The notes under the pieces are model-generated. The model saw nothing but the letters and a program-made list of their open reading frames with translations, was not told where the DNA came from and did no database searches. The translations under genes were made by a program, and so were the position numbers. Source: an uncultured Pseudomonadota bacterium (lineage in GTDB: Bacteria; Bdellovibrionota_B; Oligoflexia; Oligoflexales; CAIYRB01). Taken from it: DNA of 64,000 nucleotides. Of the stretch, positions 45,449 through 55,362 are shown one piece after another; position 1 is the stretch's first letter; each line of letters begins with the position of its first letter. Location of the stretch: NCBI GenBank assembly GCA_903928445.1, contig CAIYRB010000101.1, positions 1,909-65,908 on the forward strand. Reading direction: 5' to 3'.

Positions 45449-46999
45449 TTAATGCGAGCGACTGCGAATCGCCTGCTTGGCCGTCTCCGGTTGATGTTGA
45501 CCGTTGGGGTCAAGCTTGTCTTCAACATAGATCCGGCTGATATGCACCCGAGTATCGCCCTCGATAAGCGAGGGCGAGGCGTAGTCTTCGATCGGCACGA
45601 CCCTGGGGAACTGATCTTCGTCCTTCTTGATCAGGCGTAGATAGTTGAGGCTGTGCTCATCCTCACGACGAGTGCGAAAGCTGGTGAGCGAGCTTTCCGA
45701 CGACACCTGCTCAAAGGTCAGACCGATCGAGCGCAGCAGGGAGCATGCCGCAGCGGTGGCTTGTTCGCCCGAAGCACGGTCCTTGGAGCTGACCTCGAAG
45801 ACGCGCTTCCATAGCCGCCGATTGCGCAGCAGATCGAGCAGCAAGCGTTGACAGCGCAAAAAGGCCTCTGGCGACAGCTTTGCCGCTTCAGCTAGCAACG
45901 TTGCCTCGATGTTGTATTCATCGAGCTCGGCATAGGCGAGCGGATCGGTCGGCATCGTCCAGTCGCCAAGCGTCAGCGCCAAATGCTGAATCATCGACTC
46001 CGCAGCGACCGAAGTCTTATGAAAATATAGCTGCAGATACATGGAGTGGCGCGCCCGCAGGTAATCTTCAAAGGCCGCGAGTCCAGACAAGGTGATGGCC
46101 AGATGCACGCCTTGGTCGCGTTCATCAAAGTATAAGGACAGCGAATCTTGAATCCGCGTCGCATCAAAGATGCCGTAAACAACGCCGCATTCGCGGGAGT
46201 CGCGCAGCAGATAGTCCATCCGGTCGGTATCGACCTCACCGGAGATCAGCTCATGGCACAGCCGATAAAGACCGTGCTTGAGCAAAGGCGAGCCTGCCTC
46301 GGGCTCGATGTCGGGAGTCATGATGCTGATGATATCGCGTGCCTTGACAAGAAAAGGCCCCTGGTAGGTCCGGTTGACGTCTTCGATCAGGCGCTCGACG
46401 AGCAGTAGTGTATAGATCTCATGACGGACCCGGACCCTACCCGGATCGCGACCCGAGGCCGCGATCTTGAGGCAGCTCTCCTCAAGATATTCGGTGATGT
46501 ACGCGGGGCCCGAAGCTTTTTGACTCTGCAGCATCTGCTTCCACGTCGGTAAGAAACGCTCGCCGCTGTGCGAAAAAGGCGGGTGACCGATGTCGTGCAG
46601 CAGTCCAGCCAAACGCAGCGCCTGCTGGGTGTAACCACAAGAAAAGATCTCGTCCATCACGGCAAAGGTCGGTGCCAACAGGCCATGCACTAGCGACATG
46701 GGGCCGATGCCACGCTTTTCGGTGGCGGCAAAGTTGCGGTAGCGGCCGCAGGAGTTGGCCAGACGCTGCTGGTTAGCGCGCATCTTATGCCACGTATCCG
46801 CCGTCAACTGGAGCACGCCCAGCGAATGCTCAAACCTAGAGTGCGAGGCCCCGGGAAACACCAGCGACAGGAATGCCAACTGTTTAACCCGTCTTAAGCG
46901 CTGAAAGATCGGGTGATCGATGACCTGGTCTTCCAAAGCCGTGACGTCTACCGTGCCATGAACGTTGCCGCGAATCCGTCTAAATGTCTCAAGCTCCAA
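45449..46999 (-). CDS. HD-domain phosphohydrolase (dNTP triphosphohydrolase/SAMHD1-like)
   Basis: SRFEHSLGV...AGLLHDIGHPPFSH...DRMDYLLRDS is the signature set of the dGTPase-like HD family. Confidence 0.85.
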   Translation of the reverse strand: MELETFRRIRGNVHGTVDVTALEDQVIDHPIFQRLRRVKQLAFLSLVFPGASHSRFEHSLGVLQLTADTWHKMRANQQRLANSCGRYRNFAATEKRGIGPMSLVHGLLAPTFAVMDEIFSCGYTQQALRLAGLLHDIGHPPFSHSGERFLPTWKQMLQSQKASGPAYITEYLEESCLKIAASGRDPGRVRVRHEIYTLLLVERLIEDVNRTYQGPFLVKARDIISIMTPDIEPEAGSPLLKHGLYRLCHELISGEVDTDRMDYLLRDSRECGVVYGIFDATRIQDSLSLYFDERDQGVHLAITLSGLAAFEDYLRARHSMYLQLYFHKTSVAAESMIQHLALTLGDWTMPTDPLAYAELDEYNIEATLLAEAAKLSPEAFLRCQRLLLDLLRNRRLWKRVFEVSSKDRASGEQATAAACSLLRSIGLTFEQVSSESSLTSFRTRREDEHSLNYLRLIKKDEDQFPRVVPIEDYASPSLIEGDTRVHISRIYVEDKLDPNGQHQPETAKQAIRSRSH

Positions 47000-47015
47000 C
47001 GCTCACTCCTCGCCG

Positions 47016-48119
47016 TTAACCATCCTGATAATAACGCCCGATTACGTCCTGGACATGGTGGACGCCGCGGAGGCGCAACTCCGCAGCCAACTCGGTGAGC
47101 AGCTTGGCGATCACCCAAGGCCCCTCGTAGACTAGTGCCGTATAAACCTGCACGGCCAAAGCCCCGCGAATCAACTTTTGATAGACGTCCGCACCGGTCA
47201 AAACCCCGCCGCTGGCGATCATTGGCAAGTCACCTTGATGCACCGCATGCGCCCACTCCAGACACGCTGTGGCTTGAGCCGCAAGCGGATGCCCGCTCTG
47301 GCCGCCCACCTCGGGATAGGTCACGCGGTGGGTGTTGCTAACGATGATGCCCTGAAACCCGCGCTTGGCGATGACCTCGACCAACTCCTGAAAGTCCCTT
47401 CGGGCCATGTCCGGATCGAGCTTGACCCAGACTTTTGGCAGGCCAGCACCGATGCCATCGGCAAGCTCGTGAATAAAAGCCGGCGACGCCAACTCCCGCA
47501 GACCGGGGGTGTTGGGCGACGAGATATTGACGACAAAGTAGCTGGCGAGGTCCTTGAAAGCCTCCATCACCTGCAGGTAGTCGGAGGCAGCGCGGTCCTG
47601 GGGCGTTAGCTTGTTTTTACCGCAGTTGATGCCCAGCGGGACCTGATCAAAGCGCCACTTATGCGCTGCAAGACGCGTCGCCACTGCCGCTGCACCGTCG
47701 CTATTAAAGCCCATGCGATTGATCAGGGCACGAGTCCCAGGCTGGCGGAACAAGCGTGGTTTCGGGTTACCCGGCTGCGGCTGCGGCGTGACGGTGCCGA
47801 TCTCCAGCATGGCAAAGCCCATGCGGGCAAATCCCCGCGGCGCTCTGGCGTTCTTGTCAAAGCCAGCGGCCAAGGCCAAGGGATGCGGTAAGGTGCCAAT
47901 CCCCGGCAGGGTCACCTGAAGACCGGCGGTCAATGGCTCGACATACGGTGCTGGCAGCACGTCGAGTAGACCGCGTTCGAGCAGCAGCATGCCGACGTCA
48001 TGGGCCATTTCGGCCGGCAGCAAACGCAGGACGGCCGTGCCTGCCTGGCCCATCCAGGCGGCTAAGGTTTGACGGGTAAAGGATAAATTGGCGCCACGCG
48101 CAACAGACATCTCAGTCAT
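47016..48119 (-). CDS. pyrD: Dihydroorotate dehydrogenase (quinone), class 2
   Basis: GFDKNA, EIGTVTP, NRMGFNS, NISSPNTPGLR, SNTH, SGGV motifs in canonical order. Confidence 0.93.
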   Translation of the reverse strand: MTEMSVARGANLSFTRQTLAAWMGQAGTAVLRLLPAEMAHDVGMLLLERGLLDVLPAPYVEPLTAGLQVTLPGIGTLPHPLALAAGFDKNARAPRGFARMGFAMLEIGTVTPQPQPGNPKPRLFRQPGTRALINRMGFNSDGAAAVATRLAAHKWRFDQVPLGINCGKNKLTPQDRAASDYLQVMEAFKDLASYFVVNISSPNTPGLRELASPAFIHELADGIGAGLPKVWVKLDPDMARRDFQELVEVIAKRGFQGIIVSNTHRVTYPEVGGQSGHPLAAQATACLEWAHAVHQGDLPMIASGGVLTGADVYQKLIRGALAVQVYTALVYEGPWVIAKLLTELAAELRLRGVHHVQDVIGRYYQDG

Positions 48120-48128
48120 CCGCGGAGT

Positions 48129-48500
48129 CTATCCCGCGACCAGGTGCTTGCTCAAGCGCTTTACCAGTTCCGTCGGGTGGAAGGGCTTGCGGATGTAGTC
48201 TTTGGCGCCCAGCTTAATTCCCTGAAGGACGACGTTTTCCTGCGCCAGCGCGGTCAGCATGACAACCGGAATATCGCGGTGATCGGCATTGCCTTTGATC
48301 TTGCGCAGGACTTGCAGGCCATCGATGCCAGGCATCATGATGTCGAGCAAAATAAGATCAGGTTTTTCATGCTTCAGCAGGTATTCCAAGGCATCCTCAC
48401 CGGTCCCGACGGCCTCGACGGTATAAGCCTGCTTTTCCAGGACCAGCTTAATCAAACGCTGGATATGAATCTCGTCTTCAACCACCAAGATTTTAGGCAT
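48129..48500 (-). CDS. Single-domain response regulator (CheY-like receiver)
   Basis: MPKILVVEDE...DLILLDIMMPGIDG...KPF. The start at 48500 overlaps the kinase stop by 8 nt (ORF extends to 48629). Confidence 0.88.
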   Translation of the reverse strand: MPKILVVEDEIHIQRLIKLVLEKQAYTVEAVGTGEDALEYLLKHEKPDLILLDIMMPGIDGLQVLRKIKGNADHRDIPVVMLTALAQENVVLQGIKLGAKDYIRKPFHPTELVKRLSKHLVAG

Positions 48501-49692
48501 GAGACCCCTCGTCGTCCAGTGGCCAAAGAAACCGAAATAGACTGCCACTTTTCTGCCGAATAAACAACAAGCGGCCCATGTGTTGCTGGACAATCTGCCG
48601 CGCGATAAATAGGCCAAGGCCGACGCCACGCCGGCCGCGGCGCCGCTGCGAATCGCTGGGATCTTGATAAAAGCGCATAAAAATCAGGTCTTCGGCGCCG
48701 TGTGACACGCCCAAACCATCATCTTCGATATCGACCACCAGCATATGTTCGGACACGTAGACCTGCACGCCGACCTTGCCAGTACGCGCATGCCCCGCGG
48801 CATTCTTCACCACCTCCCACACCGCAGTCTGAAAAAGTCTCAGGTCCGCTCGAATCAGACAGGAGTGATCGGTCATCTTTTGAGCATGAAGATTGAGATT
48901 TCTGGCGCTAAGCGGACCGACCACCTCTGCTGCCTCGGCCTGCATCCTGGCGCAGGCGAGAAGGACTTCGCTCGCGCCGTCAAAGACTGCCAACAGCGGT
49001 TGCGACTCTTGGCCCTGGTCGGAGTAGAGTGCTAGCGAGATCTTATCGATCGCCTTGACCGCACGGTCCACTTGGCTCTCGAGCACCTGGATATATTCAA
49101 GGCAAAGGGCGGGCACCGCCTCTTTTTCGGCGCCGGCGATCAACGCCGTATAGCCTGAGATCGAGGCCAAAGGCGTGCGTAGTTCGTGATCGATCACCAT
49201 GCGCAGGTCGGCTTCGAGCGTCTTTAGATGTTCTTTGATAACGCCTTCGCTGAGCGCATGACGCATATCCTGCTCGCGAAACCACGCCCGCAAACGCGCC
49301 GAGATCGCCTCGAGCGGTCCGTCCAGCTCGCCCGAACGCACCCGCTTACCCGAAGCCATCAGACCGGCGAAGAGCACCTTCTCGGGTTCAAACGCTTGCT
49401 CCGGAACATAAAAAACCGCGCTTTTAGGCCATGATGTAGGATTGATAGGGAGTTTTTCCAGGCGTACCCAGGCCCGAGGCGGCAAGCTGTCTTCAGCCGA
49501 GGTATAATAACCTGTCAGTGCCACCGAGGCCGGCCAAACGCCTAGTTCCGATTCATCGCACTTCAGGACTTTCACCAAAGCATTGGCGCCCAAACGGTAG
49601 AATGCGCCCGAAGTAAACCCAAGCGAATGCAGCAATTCGGCAAATGAGCCCGAATCCATTGAGTTAAAATTATCCAACAGCGCTTGCTTCAA
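48493..49692 (-). CDS. Cytoplasmic sensor histidine kinase
   Basis: H-box HELRTPLASISGY, N-box VVKNAAGHA, G-boxes DDGLGV and GVGLGL. No TM segments. Confidence 0.88.
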   Translation of the reverse strand: MKQALLDNFNSMDSGSFAELLHSLGFTSGAFYRLGANALVKVLKCDESELGVWPASVALTGYYTSAEDSLPPRAWVRLEKLPINPTSWPKSAVFYVPEQAFEPEKVLFAGLMASGKRVRSGELDGPLEAISARLRAWFREQDMRHALSEGVIKEHLKTLEADLRMVIDHELRTPLASISGYTALIAGAEKEAVPALCLEYIQVLESQVDRAVKAIDKISLALYSDQGQESQPLLAVFDGASEVLLACARMQAEAAEVVGPLSARNLNLHAQKMTDHSCLIRADLRLFQTAVWEVVKNAAGHARTGKVGVQVYVSEHMLVVDIEDDGLGVSHGAEDLIFMRFYQDPSDSQRRRGRRGVGLGLFIARQIVQQHMGRLLFIRQKSGSLFRFLWPLDDEGSHA

Positions 49693-49776
49693 AGCCTGCT
49701 CCCGGTGTCCGACTTGAAGACCCTATCGGCACCGACCATCCAATACTTTAGTCATGCCAATACAGGGAGATAGACT

Positions 49777-52074
49777 TTGATCTTGTACTTCGTGCGCTAC
49801 CGCCCAACCGGCGAGCAAGATTGGCAGTCTTGGAAGTTTACCCATGCCAGCGGCCGCCTGCGCGCCTACCTGGCCGTCACCGCGAGCCGCCAAGTGCTCA
49901 AGCAGGTGTCTGCCGCTTTGGACTACGCGCTGACTGGCACACCCTCTCCGCTCCTGCATGAAGTCGCTTTGCAACTCGGCGACCATGGTGGTCACACCTG
50001 GTTGATCCAGCGCCGCGGCAAGGAGACGCGCATCGCCAAGGACGGTGCCTTGTGCGCCGCTGCCGATGCAGAGCGTGACCTCGCTGAAGCCTGCCTCGAT
50101 GGGCAGCTGACACAGGCCTCGTCGCCATGGAGTGCCAATGAACGCCTGACGGTTGGTCATTTCGACATCCGCAGCCAAAGTCCTGACGGTGACGATCAAG
50201 CCGGCCTGCTCCGCCTGATGCGTCTGGGCGCACCGGTGTCGCCAGAAGCCAGCTTAAAGGCCGCAGCCGAGGCGCAGATCACCGCTGTGGCCGGAGCCTG
50301 CGCCCAAAGGTTCGCCTGCCCCGCACTCGCCACAGCCAAAAACCTCGCCGCCTTAGGCCGCAAACTCGACCCGCTTCGCCTGCGCTATAGCGAACTCTGC
50401 CGCCAATATAACGAACTGAAAGGCGAGGCCCAAGGACTGTTAGGAAAGGACGGCAACCAGTGCTCATCCTTAGTGCAAGAGGTCGAACTGCTCGACCAGC
50501 TAGCCGCGGCCGCTGAGCCCCTATTGCAACCTGGCGTCTCCCTCAAGGCGCTCCAGAGCGACCTCGCCAAAGTCACGGCGGAGCGCGCCGAGCTGCGCCA
50601 CCAACTCGGGCTCAGCAACGAGCAGCAGACCATGGCAGTGGATTTCCATGCTGCCATCTCCGGGCTAAGCCATATCGAAGCCCAAGCCCGCCTGATCCAA
50701 GCTATGGGCAAAGCCAGGCAGCAAGTCGCAGAGCAGATCGAGCCGCTCTTTCGCCGCTACCTCGAAGTCGCCGCCGGAGGCCTCACCGGCGACCAACAAA
50801 CCCAGGCAGAACTCGCCTCATGCCTGGCCTCGCTCACGGCGCGTCTCAAACAAAAGGCCCACCTGCAGCAAGTCGAGAGTTTACACGCCGACAAGCAAAA
50901 GACCTGGTTTGATCGCTTTAAAAGCCGCTCCGAGACACCCGGCGCGCAATTTGAAGAAACACCGCTCGAACGTGAAGTCACCGACCTCGAGACGGCGCAT
51001 ATGGCCATCACCTACACCCTAGGCCGCCTGAGCGAACTCAAAGAAAACCTAGCCTTGGTCGACAAAAAGCACGATGCCGCCTTAGCGACGATCGATGCCA
51101 CCTACGAACAACTCGTGCAGGGCTTTGGCACCCTCAAACAACGCTGGCAGGTCCTGGCCGGTCAGTCGCATCTAGCCGAGGACATCGACCTAAACAACCT
51201 ACTGAAACTCGCCGCAGGCCACGGGACCCTGACCGAGCTCGAAGCCAAACATCACGCCTGTGGCGATAAGCTGCAACGCTTTCACACGGCACTAAACCAA
51301 GTCGAGCGTCTGCTGCTCGACTGGCGCAAGGCCACCGGCAGCCAGAAGACCGTTGACCTGAGCAGTCCGGCCATCTTGCTCAGTGAAGTGTCGAGCCTGC
51401 TTCGCTACCGGGAGACCAAGCGCCAGCGTTTGACACTGATCAAAGACCAAGCCGTAGCGGCTAAGGCAGCAGCCGGCATGCTGGCGATGTTAAAAAAGCG
51501 CCGTCAAGCCATCGCCTCGGAGTGGACTGCAGCATTCGCCGCGGCGGGTGTGCCCGCGCTGGAGATTCATGACGAAGCGGTCAGCGAGCTATGCTCTAGT
51601 GCGCAACTCATCGACGCTCTGACTTCGGTGCGCCATACAGCAAGTAAGGCAAAGCCGGCCGGTTTGTTCACCGGTGCCGCCCACGCCACCCATCCCACCG
51701 AAGCCTTTGCCTTAACCGTTTACCATTGGGACGAGGAGCACACGCAAGCCAAGGAACGGCTAGCCTTCCTCGCAGCCCTGGAGCAGGCGACCGAGGATAC
51801 GCTGCACGTCCTGCTGCTTGCCGACGAGAGCCTAGCTATGGCCCTAGCACCTGCCGGCCTTGGCCGCGCCGTAAGCGTACCGACGCAAGTCCAAGCTCAA
51901 GCCGGCCAAAGCGCCACGCCGCACATTCCAGGCGCACCAAAACCAACACCCAACGTCATCAAGGCACCGCAGCAGCAGCGCCAAGCAAACACCCAACCAC
52001 CCACCGCATCAAGTGGACTGCTGAGCGACAAAGCCCGGCACACCTTGGCCATGCTGACGACGAGAAAGTCCTAA
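49777..52074 (+). CDS. Large coiled-coil protein, unknown function (765 aa)
   Basis: TTG start with GGGAGA upstream. Small N-terminal globular region followed by long A/L/Q/E-rich heptad-like segments. Pro/Gln-rich tail. Confidence 0.6.
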   Translation: MILYFVRYRPTGEQDWQSWKFTHASGRLRAYLAVTASRQVLKQVSAALDYALTGTPSPLLHEVALQLGDHGGHTWLIQRRGKETRIAKDGALCAAADAERDLAEACLDGQLTQASSPWSANERLTVGHFDIRSQSPDGDDQAGLLRLMRLGAPVSPEASLKAAAEAQITAVAGACAQRFACPALATAKNLAALGRKLDPLRLRYSELCRQYNELKGEAQGLLGKDGNQCSSLVQEVELLDQLAAAAEPLLQPGVSLKALQSDLAKVTAERAELRHQLGLSNEQQTMAVDFHAAISGLSHIEAQARLIQAMGKARQQVAEQIEPLFRRYLEVAAGGLTGDQQTQAELASCLASLTARLKQKAHLQQVESLHADKQKTWFDRFKSRSETPGAQFEETPLEREVTDLETAHMAITYTLGRLSELKENLALVDKKHDAALATIDATYEQLVQGFGTLKQRWQVLAGQSHLAEDIDLNNLLKLAAGHGTLTELEAKHHACGDKLQRFHTALNQVERLLLDWRKATGSQKTVDLSSPAILLSEVSSLLRYRETKRQRLTLIKDQAVAAKAAAGMLAMLKKRRQAIASEWTAAFAAAGVPALEIHDEAVSELCSSAQLIDALTSVRHTASKAKPAGLFTGAAHATHPTEAFALTVYHWDEEHTQAKERLAFLAALEQATEDTLHVLLLADESLAMALAPAGLGRAVSVPTQVQAQAGQSATPHIPGAPKPTPNVIKAPQQQRQANTQPPTASSGLLSDKARHTLAMLTTRKS

Positions 52075-52083
52075 GCTGGTCGC

Positions 52084-53001
52084 TTAACCGCCTGATTCCA
52101 CCTTTGCCGTCGCCTGGGCAAAGGCCTCGATCGTCGCGTCGATATCAACCGATCCATCGTCTTTACCGAGGGTGGTGACCGCCGTCTGCAGCAATTGGTT
52201 AGAGTTTGTCGCCAGCTCGATCAGATCGCGGCTAACCATATGCGGCCTAACGCGGAGAGCGGTGAAAAAATGCTCTGCAGCACGCATCAACTCCACCAAC
52301 CTGGTTGCACCGATCGGCACCGCGGCATCGGCGATCCCCTGCATGACCCGAAACAAATAGCCGAGCTCGACGGCCCGCTCTTCGGGACTCCTAAGATTTT
52401 TGATCGAGCCGCCGCAAAACAACAGCTGTGCCGTCGCTTCGCTGATAAACAACTCTTCTATTTTGCGCTGCGCCAGGTTACCGGTCGCTAGCGGCTCGTT
52501 GCTTTTGCCGTGCGCTTCTTCGTAGCGCAAGGTGCGGAGTTTACGGATCTGCTGGGCCGCTGATTCGTGCCCGCCACCGGTGCCCGTGGCCTGCGCCGCG
52601 CCCTCGCTCAGACGTTTCATCTCCTTGGCGACGCGCATGGCCTCTTTGACAAAGTCGCGGAGCTCTTCGCCTTCGAAGGGCTTTTCCAGGTAGTCAAAGG
52701 CACCCAAGCGCAAAGCCTGCACCGTCGTATCTTGGCTAGGATAGGCGGTAAGAAAGATAAATGGTTGCATCAGGCCTTCAGAACGCATGCTGCTCAGTAG
52801 CACCAGACCCGTCATCCTTGGCATCATCAGATCGGATACCACCACATCCACGGGCTGTGTTCGCAGGATGTCGAGTGCATGATGCCCATCGCTTGCTTCG
52901 ATCAGCGTCACGCCCAAAGCGGTCAAATGCATGCCAACGATCTCCCGGATTTCCGGCTCGTCGTCGACGATGAGCAGCGTTCCACTTAGCTTCGGGTCCA
53001 T
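52084..53001 (-). CDS. Response regulator: receiver domain + C-terminal helical (HPt-like?) domain
   Basis: LLIVDDEPEIRE...DVVVSDLMMPRMTG...KPF, then about 170 aa of helical, unassigned sequence. Confidence 0.8.
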   Translation of the reverse strand: MDPKLSGTLLIVDDEPEIREIVGMHLTALGVTLIEASDGHHALDILRTQPVDVVVSDLMMPRMTGLVLLSSMRSEGLMQPFIFLTAYPSQDTTVQALRLGAFDYLEKPFEGEELRDFVKEAMRVAKEMKRLSEGAAQATGTGGGHESAAQQIRKLRTLRYEEAHGKSNEPLATGNLAQRKIEELFISEATAQLLFCGGSIKNLRSPEERAVELGYLFRVMQGIADAAVPIGATRLVELMRAAEHFFTALRVRPHMVSRDLIELATNSNQLLQTAVTTLGKDDGSVDIDATIEAFAQATAKVESGG

Positions 53002-53246
53002 AACACTCCCTAGGTCAACAAGACCTTCAGTCCACTCCTCGGCATTTGCAGATTTTAATTTAGCAGGGCCTCGCTAAAATGCCTGAACTCACCGGATACT
53101 TATGGTTTAACCATCTAATTTAAATGACTAATTAAGAATAAATGAACTCCGCGGCCCCTCCCTGAGCTGGGGGTGCGGGCGGCTGCCGTGCCGATGCCCA
53201 GGGGCAGGAAGAGTAAATGCCTCGCCGCTAGCCAAACGTTTTTGCT

Positions 53247-54530
53247 CTACGCCGGTTCCATCGTCTCAGCCATCGCCGTCGCCGCAATCCAGGCCGTGGT
53301 CCAAGCCGCTTGGAAGTTAAAGCCGCCGGTGATGCCATCGACTGCCAGCACCTCCCCAGCAAAGTACAAACCCGGCGCTACGCGACTTTCCATGCGGCGA
53401 AAATCAACCTCCTTCAAGGTCACCCCACCAGCCGACACAAACTCGTCCTTAAAGACACCCTTACCAATGATCGCATAACGTCCTTGGCTAAGCTCAACCA
53501 CCAACCTTTGGATATCGGCCTTGGACATATCGGCATAGACGAGCTCTGGGTCGACCTTCAAGCTGACGACGAGTTGCTGCCAAAATCTCCGCGGCAACTC
53601 GGGAAAGGGCGGATGCTTTGCCACCTGTTTTTTTGCAGCACTTTGTTTAAAGCGCCGCAGCTCAAGGTCAATCTGCGCCGCGTTCAAGTGCGGCAAAAAG
53701 TTGATCTGCAATTCCGCTTTATAGGCGTTGGCATGAAGCAGGATCGCGCCAAAGGCGGAAAGCTTGAGGACTGCTGGGCCGCTCAGTCCCCAATGGGTGA
53801 TCAGCAAGGGGCCGCTGCGTTCGAGTCGCTCTTTACCGCCACCAACGCCTAAACTCAGCTTAACCTCAGCAAAAGCGATGCCGGCAAGGCCAGAGATCCG
53901 CTCATCTTTGACATTAAAGGTAAACAGCGAAGGCACATGCGCCTCGACCACATGACCCGCATTTGATGCAAGTTGCAAGCCCGCAGGCGCACTTCCAGTC
54001 GCGAGCAAAACCGCAGCTGCAACCAGCTCCTGTCCATCCTTAAGGCGCAGCTTGAAACGGCCGCCAGACGGCAAGACCATTGGTGCTAGTGATGCCATTG
54101 GTTCCATCGCCTGCACGCTAGCGCCAAGCCGCACCTCGACCCCTGCTTGGCGCGCCGCCAATTCGAGGGCGTCAGAAATGGTGCGCGAATCATCGGTGCT
54201 GGGAAACATGCGTCCATCGGCTTCGGTCTTTAGCTGGACGCCGCGCGCCGCAAACCAGGCGACCGTGTCGCGGGGTTGAAACCTGGTAAAACAAGAGCGC
54301 AGCTCCCTCGCCCCGCGCGGATAGTTTGCCGTCAATGTCCCGGGATCAAAGCAATGATGCGTCACATTGCAGCGACCGCCGCCGGAAATCCTGACCTTGG
54401 TGAGAACCTTTTGCGTCGCCTCGAGCAATATCACCCGGCGCCCAGCGCCTAGCTCCGCCAAACGAATCGCGGCAAAATATCCGGCCGCGCCCCCACCCAC
54501 CACGACTAAGGGTAGCAGCTGCTCAGACAA
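53247..54530 (-). CDS. NAD(P)/FAD-dependent oxidoreductase, HI0933/YhiN (BaiN-type) family
   Basis: VVVGGGAAGYFAA dinucleotide motif, GGGRCNVTH, and C-terminal YFAGEVLAVDGITGGFNFQAAW. Confidence 0.88.
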   Translation of the reverse strand: MSEQLLPLVVVGGGAAGYFAAIRLAELGAGRRVILLEATQKVLTKVRISGGGRCNVTHHCFDPGTLTANYPRGARELRSCFTRFQPRDTVAWFAARGVQLKTEADGRMFPSTDDSRTISDALELAARQAGVEVRLGASVQAMEPMASLAPMVLPSGGRFKLRLKDGQELVAAAVLLATGSAPAGLQLASNAGHVVEAHVPSLFTFNVKDERISGLAGIAFAEVKLSLGVGGGKERLERSGPLLITHWGLSGPAVLKLSAFGAILLHANAYKAELQINFLPHLNAAQIDLELRRFKQSAAKKQVAKHPPFPELPRRFWQQLVVSLKVDPELVYADMSKADIQRLVVELSQGRYAIIGKGVFKDEFVSAGGVTLKEVDFRRMESRVAPGLYFAGEVLAVDGITGGFNFQAAWTTAWIAATAMAETMEPA

Positions 54531-55317
54531 GTTCTAGGTCCGCTTGGGCAACGTCCAAAGCAGAAGCGGCGGCGTGCATTGGCGGCAATCCACTCCCGTC
54601 GCCTTGGACCAGCATCGACTCACGCGGCAGCGGCGGCAGGCCTACGACCGGCCACTCGTGACGCGGACCTGATGCAGCCAAGGCTTTGCCTGGCAGAGGC
54701 TCGTCTGAGGTCTGAGCAGACGTCCCCTGCTTGGCACCAAGAGGCCTATGCCGGCGGCGCAAGGGCTGAAGTACCACCAAGATCGCGACCACAGCAAAGG
54801 CGACAAACCCAGCGCAAAGCGCGACTAAGATGGCATACTCGCGGACGCCATTAACTTGCTCGGGGCGCTCGACTCCGGCGACTTCGAGATTCAGTTTAAC
54901 CTGCGGCATCAGCGCCTCCGCTGGTGTCGACGCCGCTTCAAAGCGAAAGCCGTTGCCCCGCAAGGTCCGCATGATGCGCTGACGCGCCTCGCGCAGCACC
55001 GCCGCCGGTTGGTCCGAGGTCATCGACACATCAAGTGCCAGCTCACGCAGACGTGGCTCGGTTTGCGTTAAATCAAAATCGGCGCGGCTTTTAACGTCGA
55101 TCTGTCCCGGCACATCGCGGCCATTTTGCCGAAAGAAATCAGCAATGGCGCTGCGAATGAGTTCCTGCATTTGCGACCGTACCGCTTCCTGGTAGCCGCT
55201 TTGCGCGGTGGCATCGCTCGTCGCCTGCTCCGAGGCACCGGCGGCAACTGACCTCCCCAACACGAAGGCAAGGCACAGCGCCGGCAAAAACGATCTAGTC
55301 ATATGCATCACTCCCAT
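54523..55317 (-). CDS. Secreted/membrane-anchored hypothetical protein
   Basis: Signal peptide MTRSFLPALCLAFVLGRSVAAGA. One TM helix (YAILVALCAGFVAFAVVAILVVL) followed by a basic/Pro-rich tail. Confidence 0.55.
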   Translation of the reverse strand: MGVMHMTRSFLPALCLAFVLGRSVAAGASEQATSDATAQSGYQEAVRSQMQELIRSAIADFFRQNGRDVPGQIDVKSRADFDLTQTEPRLRELALDVSMTSDQPAAVLREARQRIMRTLRGNGFRFEAASTPAEALMPQVKLNLEVAGVERPEQVNGVREYAILVALCAGFVAFAVVAILVVLQPLRRRHRPLGAKQGTSAQTSDEPLPGKALAASGPRHEWPVVGLPPLPRESMLVQGDGSGLPPMHAAASALDVAQADLELV

Positions 55318-55362
55318 CGGTCACTCCCATCGGTTGGACGCGCCTTAACGAGGCGGTGGGCC

